This document shows positions 42,174 to 54,095 of a stretch of 64,000 nt of DNA, in pieces. A program made the position numbers and the translations under genes. The notes beneath the pieces are model-generated. The model searched no databases. It saw only the letters and a list, made by a program, of their open reading frames with translations, and was not told the origin of the DNA. This DNA comes from Terriglobia bacterium (GTDB taxonomy: Bacteria; Acidobacteriota; Polarisedimenticolia; Polarisedimenticolales; JAIQFR01): positions 544,001 through 608,000 of the forward strand of contig CAVVHE010000009.1 in assembly GCA_963748015.1 (NCBI GenBank). The letters are read 5' to 3'. Position 1 is the first letter of the stretch, and each line of letters opens with the position of its first letter.

Positions 42174-43766
42174 TCACTTGATGGTGCTGGCGGCGCCCGT
42201 CTGGAGCGCCTCCAGCACCTGGTCCACCGTGAAGCTCCCGGACCTTTGGCTGGGCGGGTACTCCTTGAAGCTCTCGACGAACATGCCCACGGCCGCCTGT
42301 GCGGGAACCAAGATCCAGATCTTGTCCAGGGCCCAGCGGTCCCACATATTGGATTCGAAGTAGTACCGCTCGAACGGGTCTTGGCGCAGGTTGACCACCA
42401 TCGGAAAGAAAGTCTGCTTCAGAAAGCCGCTCTTGACTGAGCCCTCCAGGATCTTGAAGTGGATCTTCCAGTCGTCGACGCGGATGGCGTTGAGGTTGGC
42501 GTTGTCGTCGAAGTAGAAGATCTCGCGGCGCGGCGACTTCTCCGCCTGACCCTTGAGGAACGGCACGAAGTTGTAGCCGTCGAGGTGGTTCTTGAACGTC
42601 TTGCTGCCGACCTGGTAGCCCTTGAGGAGCTTCTGCTTCACGTCGGGATCGCCCGCGGCCGCGACCAGCGTGGGCATCCAGTCTTCGAGCGCCATGATCT
42701 CGTTGTGGATCGAGCCGGGCTTGAGGACGCCGGGCCAGCGGGCGAGGGCGGGCACGCGCATCCCTCCTTCCCACGTCGAGCCCTTCTCGCCGCGGAACGG
42801 CGTGTTGCCGCCGTCCGGCCACGAGAAGATTTCCGCGCCGTTGTCGGTGGTGAACACCACGATCGTGTTGTCGGCGATGCCGAGGTCGTCGAGCTTCTTC
42901 AGCAGGCGCCCGACGACGTCGTCGAGCTCCATCATGCCGTCGGCGTAGAGGCCGTAGCCGCTCTTGTTGGCCCACTTGGGCGAGAGGCGCGTCCAGATGT
43001 GCATGCGGGTGCTGTTATGCCAGAGGAAGAACGGCTTGCCGGCCTTCACCGACCGCTCGATGAAGTCCAGCGACCGCGCGATCAGCTCCTCTTCGACCGT
43101 CTCCATGCGGGCCCGGGTGATGGGGCCGCTGTCCTTGCACGCCTGCTTGCCCACCTTCCCGAACCGCGGGTCCACCGTCGGGTCGTCCACATCGGTGGCC
43201 TTGCAGTCAAGCAGCCCGCGGGGGCTAAAGCGCGCCTTGAACCGCGGGTCCTTCGGATAGTCGGGGTCTTCCGGCTCCTCCTCGGCGTTGAGGTGGTAGA
43301 GGTTGCCAAAGAACTCGTCGAACCCGTGCACCGTTGGCAGCATCTCGTTGCGGTCGCCGAGATGGTTCTTACCGACCTGCGCCGTGGCGTAACCCAGCGG
43401 CGTGAGCAGCTCGGCGATCGTCGGGTCCTTGTCCTGGATGCCTTGCTTCGCGCCGGGCAGGCCGACCTTGAGCAAGCCGGTGCGGAAAGGAGTCTGGCCG
43501 AGGATGAACGCCGCCCGTCCCGCCGTGCAGGACTGCTGGCCGTAGAAATCTGTCCACAGCGCGCCCTCGTTCGCGAGGCGGTCGATGCTGGGCGTCCGCC
43601 CGCCCATCATGCCGCGGTGGTAGGCGCTGATGTTCCAGACGCCGATGTCATCGGCCATGATGAAGAGGATGTTGGGTCTCTGCTGCGCCGCCGCCGGTCC
43701 GGCCACGAGGGCCAGCACGGCGAAAGCGGCGAGCGCCGCGGTGATGAGCATCCTGCTTGTTCGCAT
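42174..43766 (-). CDS. Arylsulfatase
   Basis: Signal peptide, PNILFIMADDIG, SCTAGRAAF (Cys-type formylglycine motif), GKNHLG, TTDNG, FRGEKG. GGAGGAG RBS. Confidence 0.93.
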   Translation of the reverse strand: MRTSRMLITAALAAFAVLALVAGPAAAQQRPNILFIMADDIGVWNISAYHRGMMGGRTPSIDRLANEGALWTDFYGQQSCTAGRAAFILGQTPFRTGLLKVGLPGAKQGIQDKDPTIAELLTPLGYATAQVGKNHLGDRNEMLPTVHGFDEFFGNLYHLNAEEEPEDPDYPKDPRFKARFSPRGLLDCKATDVDDPTVDPRFGKVGKQACKDSGPITRARMETVEEELIARSLDFIERSVKAGKPFFLWHNSTRMHIWTRLSPKWANKSGYGLYADGMMELDDVVGRLLKKLDDLGIADNTIVVFTTDNGAEIFSWPDGGNTPFRGEKGSTWEGGMRVPALARWPGVLKPGSIHNEIMALEDWMPTLVAAAGDPDVKQKLLKGYQVGSKTFKNHLDGYNFVPFLKGQAEKSPRREIFYFDDNANLNAIRVDDWKIHFKILEGSVKSGFLKQTFFPMVVNLRQDPFERYYFESNMWDRWALDKIWILVPAQAAVGMFVESFKEYPPSQRSGSFTVDQVLEALQTGAASTIK

Positions 43767-43854
43767 GTCCTCCTCCTTTTGTCGTTCCCAGTTGATGTCA
43801 TTCGTCACGCGATCTCCGTTCACGAGCACCGCGCACGCTCGACCCACCGCCGGG

Positions 43855-44020
43855 CGAGCGCCTTGATCGCCCGCGTCTTCGCGAGCCCCGGCAGCCCCTC
43901 GACCAGCAGGTTGCCGTTGGCGAGCAGGCCGATCAGCAGGCGCTCGAGGACCTGCTCCTGGCCGACGATCGACCGGCCCATGCGACCCTGGAGATCCAGG
44001 ATGGTGTCTCGTGGCGCCAT
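43855..44020 (-). pseudogene. N-terminal fragment of a MoxR-family AAA+ ATPase
   Basis: IVGQEQVLERLLIGLLANGNLLVEGLPGLAKTRAIKALAR, then homology stops. Confidence 0.8.
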
Positions 44021-44119
44021 CGCGCTCTCCTCCATGGCCGGCGGCACGCCGACGCGATTCAGTCTCCCGCTCGTTGCACCATCGCTATTTCGACGGCTGC
44101 CCGCTCGTCATCGCCGCCA

Positions 44120-44712
44120 TCGCCCTCGAGCGCCGGCATGAGGTTGTACCCGTCGAGGTGCACCTTGTAGTCGCGGTTGATGGCGCGGGTGCCCTTCAAC
44201 AGCTTCTCCTTGATGTCGGGGTCGCCGACGGCGGCGAGCAGCGTGGGAAGCATGTCCTCGTGCGCCCCGATCGAGTTGACGATGGTGCCGGGCTTGAGGA
44301 CGCCGGGCCAGCGGATGAGGCAGGGCACACGGTAGTCGCCCTCCCAGTTGGTGTTCTTCTCGCCCCGGAACATCGAGGTTCCGCCGTCGGGCTAGCTCAT
44401 CACCTCCGCGCCGTTGTCGGTCGAGTACATCACGATCGTGTTGCCCACGATCCCGAGCTCCTTCAGCTTGTCTAGTAGCTGGCCGACCATGCCGTCGTGC
44501 TCCACCATGCCGTCGGCATGGATCCCGTGGCCGGTCTTGCCCACGGAGGCCGGCTTCAGGTGGGTGAAGACTTGCATTTGGGTCGAGTTCCACCGCACGA
44601 AGAACGGCTTGTCCGCCTGCTTCGTTCGGGTCATGAAGTCGAGCGCCGCGGCGGTGACCTCCTCGTCCACCGTCTCCATCCGCTTGCGGGTCAGCGGACC
44701 GGTGTCCTCGAC
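44120..44712 (-). pseudogene. Internal arylsulfatase fragment with in-frame stop
   Basis: DTGPLTRKRMETVDEE...STDNGAEVMS*PDGG (TAG at 44392-44394 where the paralog has W)...HLDGYN. 5' end abuts repeat E. Confidence 0.85.
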
Positions 44713-45213
44713 GGATAAGGCATTCAAGCGGCGTTTTCGGCCCGACGTCCGGTTACGGAAGGCTATGTCACCCCGCCCGCCTACCCCGAAACCGATCACC
44801 CAAGCTCATTCTCCTCCCGGTGCCCGGGTGAAAACAAGCTGCGCGCCGAGGAGTCGCGCCGAGGGCTGGCGCGATCGGGCCGCCGCGCGCACACCTGTCC
44901 GGGCGTGGCGCGGAGGGTGCGGCGACGACGGGCCGCCTAGAGCTCGGCCGGGAGGAGACCGCCGAGCGCCGGGGGGGGCAGCCGGCCGCGGGCGCGAGGA
45001 TGCCGTGGTATCGCACGAGATGGAACCGCGGCGGCGGCACCAGGACCGCGAGGCGCTCCACCAATTCGAGTGGATCGAGAAGCAGGTGGGTGGTGCCGTC
45101 GCGCCAGCGGTGTCGGAAGCAACAGACCAGGCGGCCGTCGGGATCGAGAGAAAGCCGGTCGGTCGCGAGAGCTGGCCGAGCGGCGTAACGGCAGAGGCGC
45201 TCCAGCCGGCGCG
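44713..45213 (-). mobile_element. IS91/ISCR remnant, copy E: oriIS-like end plus transposase catalytic-region fragment
   Basis: Minus strand about 45213-44985 encodes RLERLCRYAARPALATDRL...WRDGTTHLLLDPLELVERLAVLVPPPRFHLVRYHGILAPAA. Terminus GGATAAGGCATTCAAGCGGCG aligns with copies B and D. Confidence 0.85.
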
Positions 45214-45257
45214 CGAATCCCCGCGCCGAGCGTGTTCGGGTCTCCGGGGTCGGAGGC

Positions 45258-45674
45258 TCAGGCCCAGTTCTGGACTCTCAGTCCCTTGAAGGCGCGGAAA
45301 TCCGCCGCGTTGGCCGTGACGAGGGTGAGGCCGCGCGCGGCCGCGATCGCGGCGATCTCGCCGTCTGCGAACGGCGGCGTCGAGCCCAGGGCGGCAAGGC
45401 GGGCCCGCTCGAGGGCATGCCACTCCGCCGCGATCCGGTCGTAGTCGAGAATCGGGAAGCTCGCGGCGACGACGTCGTCGAGGTAGCGCTGGATGGCGTC
45501 ACGCCGTACCCCGGCTGGAAGGCGAGCGCAGCCGCAGCGCAGCTCGTGCCAGACGATCGCGGCGATGGCGAGCTCTCCCTGGTGGCGCCGTAGCCGGTCG
45601 AGCACCCCTCGGGCCGGCTTCGGTCTCAGGGGCTCCGAGACGACGTTGGTGTCGAGGAGATACCGCAGCGTCAC
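45258..45674 (-). CDS. vapC: VapC-family PIN domain toxin
   Basis: YLLDTNVVSE...WHEL...ADGEIAAIA...LTLVTANAADF. Confidence 0.9.
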   Translation of the reverse strand: MTLRYLLDTNVVSEPLRPKPARGVLDRLRRHQGELAIAAIVWHELRCGCARLPAGVRRDAIQRYLDDVVAASFPILDYDRIAAEWHALERARLAALGSTPPFADGEIAAIAAARGLTLVTANAADFRAFKGLRVQNWA

Positions 45675-45952
45675 AGCGAGACCTCGCGGCCGCCCTCCCG
45701 CGCGCGAGCGTTGCCGAACACCTCGCCCGGGTCGATCGCGAGCTCCCCGAGGTCGACCTCGCGCGCGAACGCGGCGTAGGCCTCGGCGAAGCTCCCCTGT
45801 TTCGACGTCAGGCGGTCGTACTCCTTCCGCCCCACCAGGACCGCGACGGGTTCCCCTCGCCGCGTCAGCTCGACCGCCTTGCCGGCCTCGGCGTCCCGGA
45901 CCAGCTTCGGGAGATTGGCGCGGGCGTCCGCGATCGAGTGCTTGCCGTTCAT
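45671..45952 (-). CDS. Phd/YefM family antitoxin
   Basis: SIADARANLPKLV...VELTRRGEPVAVLV...EYDRL. GTGA overlap with vapC. Confidence 0.9.
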   Translation of the reverse strand: MNGKHSIADARANLPKLVRDAEAGKAVELTRRGEPVAVLVGRKEYDRLTSKQGSFAEAYAAFAREVDLGELAIDPGEVFGNARAREGGREVSL

Positions 45953-45967
45953 GGGCCGCTCCTCGTA

Positions 45968-45987
45968 ATGTACATCATCATGTACAT
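45968..45987. promoter_or_regulatory. Putative antitoxin operator: two ATGTACAT palindromes 12 bp apart
   Basis: ATGTACAT-CATC-ATGTACAT immediately upstream of the antitoxin RBS. Confidence 0.7.
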
Positions 45988-46099
45988 ATTACGGCGGCAC
46001 GGACGAGAAGGCAAGGGGCCGGTCACGCGGGAAGGTGGCGGATCGGCAACCCCATGCGCCGATCCGGGGACGTCCCGGTTGCCTTTCCTCTTTTTTTGC

Positions 46100-46128
46100 T
46101 TGCATACCATACATTTGTATGGTATCTT
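46100..46128 (+). promoter_or_regulatory. lexA sigma70 promoter overlapped by a perfect palindrome (candidate LexA box)
   Basis: TTGCAT-N17-TATCTT with extended TG. ATACCATACA-TT-TGTATGGTAT at 46104-46125. Confidence 0.7.
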
Positions 46129-46158
46129 CCGGTCATCACGGGATCGGAGGGTCGAGCC

Positions 46159-46770
46159 ATGGGACGCACGCCGGCGGGCGAGACGCGGGACCGGGTTTTC
46201 CGGTTCGTGCGGGAGCGGCTCCTCGGGGGAATTCCCCCCACGGTGCGGGAGGTCCAGGCCGCGTTCGGCTTTCTTTCTCCCCAGAGCGCGCGGGAGCACC
46301 TCGAGGGGCTCGTCGAGCAGGGGCGGCTGATAAAGGAGGCCGGCAAGGCCCGCGGCTACCGGCTTCCCGCGCGGGCCGGGAGGCCGCCGGTGCTGGTTCC
46401 GCTCCTCGGCCGGGTGCCCGCGGGCCCCCTCGACGCGGCGGTCGAGGACCTCGAGGGATACCTGCCGGTCGAGGGGGGGCGCGCGTCCGGCGAGCTGTTC
46501 GGCCTGCGCGTCCGCGGCGAGAGCATGACCGGCGCCGGGATCCTCCCCGGCGACATCGTCGTGGTGCGCCGCCAGTCCCGCGCCGAGACGGGGGAGATCG
46601 TGGTCGCCCTCGTCGGCGACGAGGCGACGGTGAAGCGGCTGCGGGTGCGCGGCAAGCGCGTCGAGCTGCACGCCGAGAACCCCGCGTTCGAGCCGATCGT
46701 GCCCGACCCGAAGCAGTTCTCGATCCTCGGCAAGGTGGTCGAGGTGCGGCGGTACCTGGAGGGACGATGA
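46159..46770 (+). CDS. lexA: LexA repressor
   Basis: PPTVRE...HLEGL wHTH, LGRVPAG cleavage site, RVRGESM (Ser), TVKR (Lys). GGAGG RBS. Confidence 0.95.
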   Translation: MGRTPAGETRDRVFRFVRERLLGGIPPTVREVQAAFGFLSPQSAREHLEGLVEQGRLIKEAGKARGYRLPARAGRPPVLVPLLGRVPAGPLDAAVEDLEGYLPVEGGRASGELFGLRVRGESMTGAGILPGDIVVVRRQSRAETGEIVVALVGDEATVKRLRVRGKRVELHAENPAFEPIVPDPKQFSILGKVVEVRRYLEGR

Positions 46771-47600
46771 CCTTAGCGCCCGATCGTGTCTTTGAGCCCG
46801 GCACCGGCTCGCATCGGGCCCGTGGGTCCCGTGCGGCGACCTCCCTCGGCGACGACCCGCATCGGCCGCGCGAAGGGTCGAGCAAGCGCGATGGCGCGGA
46901 CCCTAGCGCCATCGCGCTCGACCCTTCACGCGGCCGTGCAGGGGTCCCCGTCGCCTCGGGCATTGTCGCCGCACGGGACCCACGGGCCCGATGCGAGCCG
47001 GCGGAGGCGCCGACGCCGGCCCTCTCGGGGGTTGCTGTCCCTCGCCCGGCGTGGAAGCTCGAGGCGATCGCGGGAAGGCTCGCGGAGGTGTCGGCGGGGG
47101 CGGCGGGGGCGCCGCTGACGGCGGCGTTCCGGCTGGTGCTCGAGGCGCAGCGGCGGCGGGAGCCGGTCGCGTGGATCGGGCGAAAGGAGTCGCCGTTCTT
47201 CCCGCCGGACGTCGCCGAGGCGGGGATCGACCTGGCCGCGCTGCCGGTGGTGTGGGCGCCCGACGCGACGGCTGCCGCGGGGGCCGCCGACCTTCTCGTG
47301 CGCTCGGGGGCGTTCGGCCTCGTCGTGATCGATCTCGGCGCGCGCGAGAGCTTCCCGATCCCCGTGCAGGCGCGCTTGGCCGGGCTCGCGCGGCAGCACG
47401 GCGCCGCGGTCGTCTGCCTCACGGAGAAGGAGGACGGGCGCGCCTCGATGGGCTCGCTGGTCGCGGTGCGCGCGCACGCGGCGCGGGCGGGGCGCGAGAA
47501 GGATCGCTACCGCTGCGAGACGCGCGTCCTCAAGGACAAGGGGGGCCGCCCGGGGGGGCGGCACGCGGAGGTTTGCCGTGGACCGGACGGCCTGCATTGA
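46767..47600 (+). CDS. imuA: ImuA (RecA-like mutasome accessory protein) with N-terminal palindrome-derived insertion
   Basis: ATGA overlap with lexA. FFPPDVAEAGIDL...ADLLVRSGAFGLVVIDL. Located between lexA and imuB. Confidence 0.8.
   Translation: MTLAPDRVFEPGTGSHRARGSRAATSLGDDPHRPREGSSKRDGADPSAIALDPSRGRAGVPVASGIVAARDPRARCEPAEAPTPALSGVAVPRPAWKLEAIAGRLAEVSAGAAGAPLTAAFRLVLEAQRRREPVAWIGRKESPFFPPDVAEAGIDLAALPVVWAPDATAAAGAADLLVRSGAFGLVVIDLGARESFPIPVQARLAGLARQHGAAVVCLTEKEDGRASMGSLVAVRAHAARAGREKDRYRCETRVLKDKGGRPGGRHAEVCRGPDGLH
46804..47001. repeat. 198-bp rod-like palindromic element, copy 1 (in imuA)
   Basis: Perfect 37-bp terminal inverted repeat (46804-46840 / 46965-47001) plus inner stems. Confidence 0.92.
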
Positions 47601-49065
47601 TCTTCCCGGGTTCCCGCTGCAGCTCCTGCTGCTGCGGCACCCGGACTGGCGCGAGCACCCCGCCGCGGTCGTCGAGGCGGACAAGCCGCAGGGGATCGTG
47701 CTCTGGGTGAACGAGCGGGCGCGCGCGCTGCGGGTCCTGCCGGGGATGCGTTACGCCGCGGGGCTTTCTCTGGCGCCGGGGCTCAGGGCCGGTGTCGTGT
47801 CCGGGGAGGAGATCCGCGAGGGTGTTACAGCGCTCGCCGAGAGGTTCCGCAAGTTCACGCCGAACGTCGAGCCGTCGGCCGACGAGCCCGGCGTGTTCTG
47901 GCTCGACGCGCGCGGGCTCGAGCGGCTGTTCCCTTCCATGGACGAGTGGGCGGGCCGGCTGCACGCGGAGGCCGGGCGGGCGGGCTTTACGGCGAACGTC
48001 GTCGTGGGCTTCAAGCGCTTCGGCACCTACGCGCTCGCGAAGGCGCACCGCGGCGTCCACGTCCTGAAGAACGCGGCGGAGGAGTGCCAGGGGGCGCGCG
48101 CCGTTCCGCTCGACCGCCTGGCCCTGCCCCCCGCGGCGCGGGACGCGCTCGCCCGCCTCGGGATCGCGACGGTCGGCGGGTTCACCGATCTCCCCGAGGG
48201 CGGGATCGCGACGCGCTTCGGCCCCGACGTGCGCCGGCTGCACCGGCTCGCGTCCGGCGACCTCGAGGTGCCCCTTCAGCCCGAGCGGCCCGACGTTCCC
48301 GCGATGCGCCGCCTGATCCTCGACCATCCCGACGAGGACGCGGGGCGCCTGATCGCGGCGGTCGAGGGGATGCTGGGGCCCCTCCTCGACGAGGTCGCCG
48401 AGAAGGGGAGAGCGCTCGCGGAGCTGACGCTGGGCCTGAGGTTCGAGCGGCTGGGCGACCACGTCGAGAAGCTGAGGCCGGCGTCCCCCTCGCTCGACGC
48501 GGGGATCCTCATGGAGCTGGTGCGGCTCCGGCTCCAGGCGTTGCGGAAGCTTCCCGACCGCGTGGCCGAGGTGGTCCTCGCGGCCGGCGAGACCGAGGCG
48601 GCGCCTCGCCGGCAGCGGCTCTTCCCCGAGGCGGGCGGGCGCGACCTCGCCGCCGCGAACCGGGCGCTGGCGCGCCTGCGCGCGCGCCTCGGCGACGACG
48701 CGGTGGTGCGCGCGCGGCCGCGCGACGCGCACCTCCCCGAGGCGAGCTTCGCCTGGGAGCGGCTCGAAACGCTCGGCGACGCGGCGCCGAGACCCGTGGA
48801 CGAGCCGCGCATGATCCGGCGGATCCACGCGCACCCGCGCCCGCTCCCGCCCCGCGAGCGGCACGAGCCCGACGGCTGGATGCTGCGCGGCCTCGAGCAG
48901 GGGCCGGTGGTGCGCGTCCTCGGCCCCTACGTCGTCTCCGGCGGCTGGTGGGAGCGCCCCGCGCACCGCGACTACCACTTCGCCGAGACGAAGGACGGCG
49001 AGATCCTCTGGGTGTTCTACGACCGCATGGCGAGGCGGTGGTTTCTGCAGGGGAGGGTGGAATGA
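47578..49065 (+). CDS. imuB: ImuB, Y-family polymerase-like accessory protein
   Basis: ACIDLPGFPLQ, GMRYAAG, FTPNVE...FWLDARG, C-terminal GPYVVSGGWW...RDYH...WFLQGRVE. Confidence 0.88.
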   Translation: MDRTACIDLPGFPLQLLLLRHPDWREHPAAVVEADKPQGIVLWVNERARALRVLPGMRYAAGLSLAPGLRAGVVSGEEIREGVTALAERFRKFTPNVEPSADEPGVFWLDARGLERLFPSMDEWAGRLHAEAGRAGFTANVVVGFKRFGTYALAKAHRGVHVLKNAAEECQGARAVPLDRLALPPAARDALARLGIATVGGFTDLPEGGIATRFGPDVRRLHRLASGDLEVPLQPERPDVPAMRRLILDHPDEDAGRLIAAVEGMLGPLLDEVAEKGRALAELTLGLRFERLGDHVEKLRPASPSLDAGILMELVRLRLQALRKLPDRVAEVVLAAGETEAAPRRQRLFPEAGGRDLAAANRALARLRARLGDDAVVRARPRDAHLPEASFAWERLETLGDAAPRPVDEPRMIRRIHAHPRPLPPRERHEPDGWMLRGLEQGPVVRVLGPYVVSGGWWERPAHRDYHFAETKDGEILWVFYDRMARRWFLQGRVE

Positions 49066-49139
49066 TGAGCCGGAACAACTTGTCGGCGCTCGTCTGGAAC
49101 GCGAAGCGACCGGTGTGGATCCTGTGGAGGGACGACACG

Positions 49140-49415
49140 ATGGCGACGAGCTACAAGAGCTGCCAGAGCTGCGGCATGCCTCTGAGCAAGGACGAGAAGG
49201 GAGGCGGCACCAACGCCGACGGGAGCCGGAGCCGCACGTACTGCAGCCATTGCTTCGCGGACGGGCGCTTCGCAGAGCCCGGCATCACCGCCGGCGAGAT
49301 GCAGGCCCTCGTGAAGGGGAAGCTGCGAGAGATGGGCTTCCCGGGCTTCGTGGGCTGGTTCTTCGCGCGGAAGATCCCGAAGCTCGCGCGTTGGAGCGGG
49401 AGACGCGCGGAGTGA
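49140..49415 (+). CDS. Zinc-ribbon domain protein
   Basis: CQSCGMPL...GTNADGS...YCSHCF...IPKLARW. GGAGG RBS. Confidence 0.82.
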   Translation: MATSYKSCQSCGMPLSKDEKGGGTNADGSRSRTYCSHCFADGRFAEPGITAGEMQALVKGKLREMGFPGFVGWFFARKIPKLARWSGRRAE

Positions 49416-49569
49416 CCACGGGCAGGCAGCCGCGCCCGGAGAGCCGGATGGCGATGGGCGAGCCCGACAATACGTGTTTCCAGGACGCAACGCATCGGGC
49501 CTCGGCGGGTTGCAGGTTGGGGTATGGCATGGCGATCATCCCGCGGATGTTGCCCGGCCCGCCGGGAAC

Positions 49570-49671
49570 GAGGCTGCGGTTTTGAAATCACAGACTGTGA
49601 TCTCAAAGTCGAGACGCGGCGGCCGGCGCCACGCGCCATGGGTGTTCACGGGGCATGGCACCATCGAGGCT
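49570..49671 (+). pseudogene. Degenerate ORF6N-domain fragment
   Basis: [30 protein letters not shown] parallels [11 protein letters not shown]...[15 protein letters not shown] in the adjacent intact gene. Confidence 0.6.
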
Positions 49672-49690
49672 GAATCGCAGGAGCTTGGCC

Positions 49691-50245
49691 ATGGCGGGTG
49701 AGAAAAAGGTCGCGCGACGAGTGAGGCCTGCTCTGATCCCTTCGGAGCGCATCGAGCGCGCGATCCTCGTTCTTCGCGGCCACAAGGTCATGCTTGATGA
49801 ACAACTGGCTGCACTGTACGAGGTCCAAGTCAAGGTGCTGAACCAGGCGGTGAAACGCAACATCGAGCGCTTTCCCGAGGATTTCATGTTCCAACTCACC
49901 CCCGAAGAGGCGGAGTCTTTAAGGTCACAAACTGTGACCTTAGAAACCGGACGCGGACAACATCGAAAGTACCAGCCCTACGCCTTTACCGAGCAGGGAG
50001 TGGCAATGCTCTCCAGCGTCCTGCGCAGCCAACGCGCCGTCCGAGTCAACATCGAGATCATGCGGGCCTTTGTTCGCCTCCGCCGCATGCTTTCGAACCA
50101 CGCGGCGCTCGCCCGCAAGCTTGCCGAGCTGGAGCAGCGCTACGACGTGCAGTTTCGTGCTGTCTTCGACGCCATCCGGGAATTGATGGCGCCGTCCGGT
50201 ACGCCACGCAAGCGGATCGGTTTCGTGACCAAGAATGGTGCGTGA
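49691..50245 (+). CDS. ORF6N domain DNA-binding protein
   Basis: [18 protein letters not shown]...[21 protein letters not shown]...[16 protein letters not shown]...RIGF. Confidence 0.9.
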   Translation: MAGEKKVARRVRPALIPSERIERAILVLRGHKVMLDEQLAALYEVQVKVLNQAVKRNIERFPEDFMFQLTPEEAESLRSQTVTLETGRGQHRKYQPYAFTEQGVAMLSSVLRSQRAVRVNIEIMRAFVRLRRMLSNHAALARKLAELEQRYDVQFRAVFDAIRELMAPSGTPRKRIGFVTKNGA

Positions 50246-50284
50246 GGAAGCCTTCGGAGAATTCATGGGGTATCGGCGACTCCC

Positions 50285-53671
<3,387 letters not shown>

Positions 53672-53729
53672 GCGGGAGGGCATGCGCTACCATGGCGCCG
53701 ACCGGGCCGGAAGAGGAGGACGCCGACCG

Positions 53730-54095
53730 ATGAAGCCGATCCTGCACCTGCTGATCAACGCTGCCGCGCTCTGGGCCGCGGTGCTCATCGTCCCCGGAAT
53801 CACCTACGACCGCAGGCTGATGCCGATGCTCGGCGTGGCCCTGGTGTTCGGTCTCGTGAACGTGCTGGTCAAGCCGATCGCGACGCTCCTGAGCTTGCCG
53901 TTCGTCATCATGACGCTCGGCCTGTTCCTGCTCGTGATCAACGCCGCGATGCTGTGGCTGACCAGCGTGCTCTCGGGAAAGCTCGGGCTCCACTTCCACG
54001 TCGCCGGTTTCGTCCCGGCGGTCCTCGGCTCGATCGTGGTCAGCTTCGTGAGCCTGGTGCTCTCCGCGTTCGTGAAGAGCGGAAAGGGCGGCTAA
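53730..54095 (+). CDS. 4-TM holin-like membrane protein (YvlD family)
   Basis: INAAALW...FGLVNVLVKPI..LLSLP...TLGLFLLVINAAML. Confidence 0.85.
   Translation: MKPILHLLINAAALWAAVLIVPGITYDRRLMPMLGVALVFGLVNVLVKPIATLLSLPFVIMTLGLFLLVINAAMLWLTSVLSGKLGLHFHVAGFVPAVLGSIVVSFVSLVLSAFVKSGKGG

Noticed and set aside
33117..44870. Repeats as integron attC sites
   Set aside because: No integrase, no RYYYAAC/GTTRRRY bounded palindromes, mixed cargo orientation, and direct linkage to IS91-family transposase remnants.
53730..54095. Holin-like and ORF6N genes as evidence of a prophage
   Set aside because: No structural, terminase, integrase or lysin genes; both families are common outside phages.
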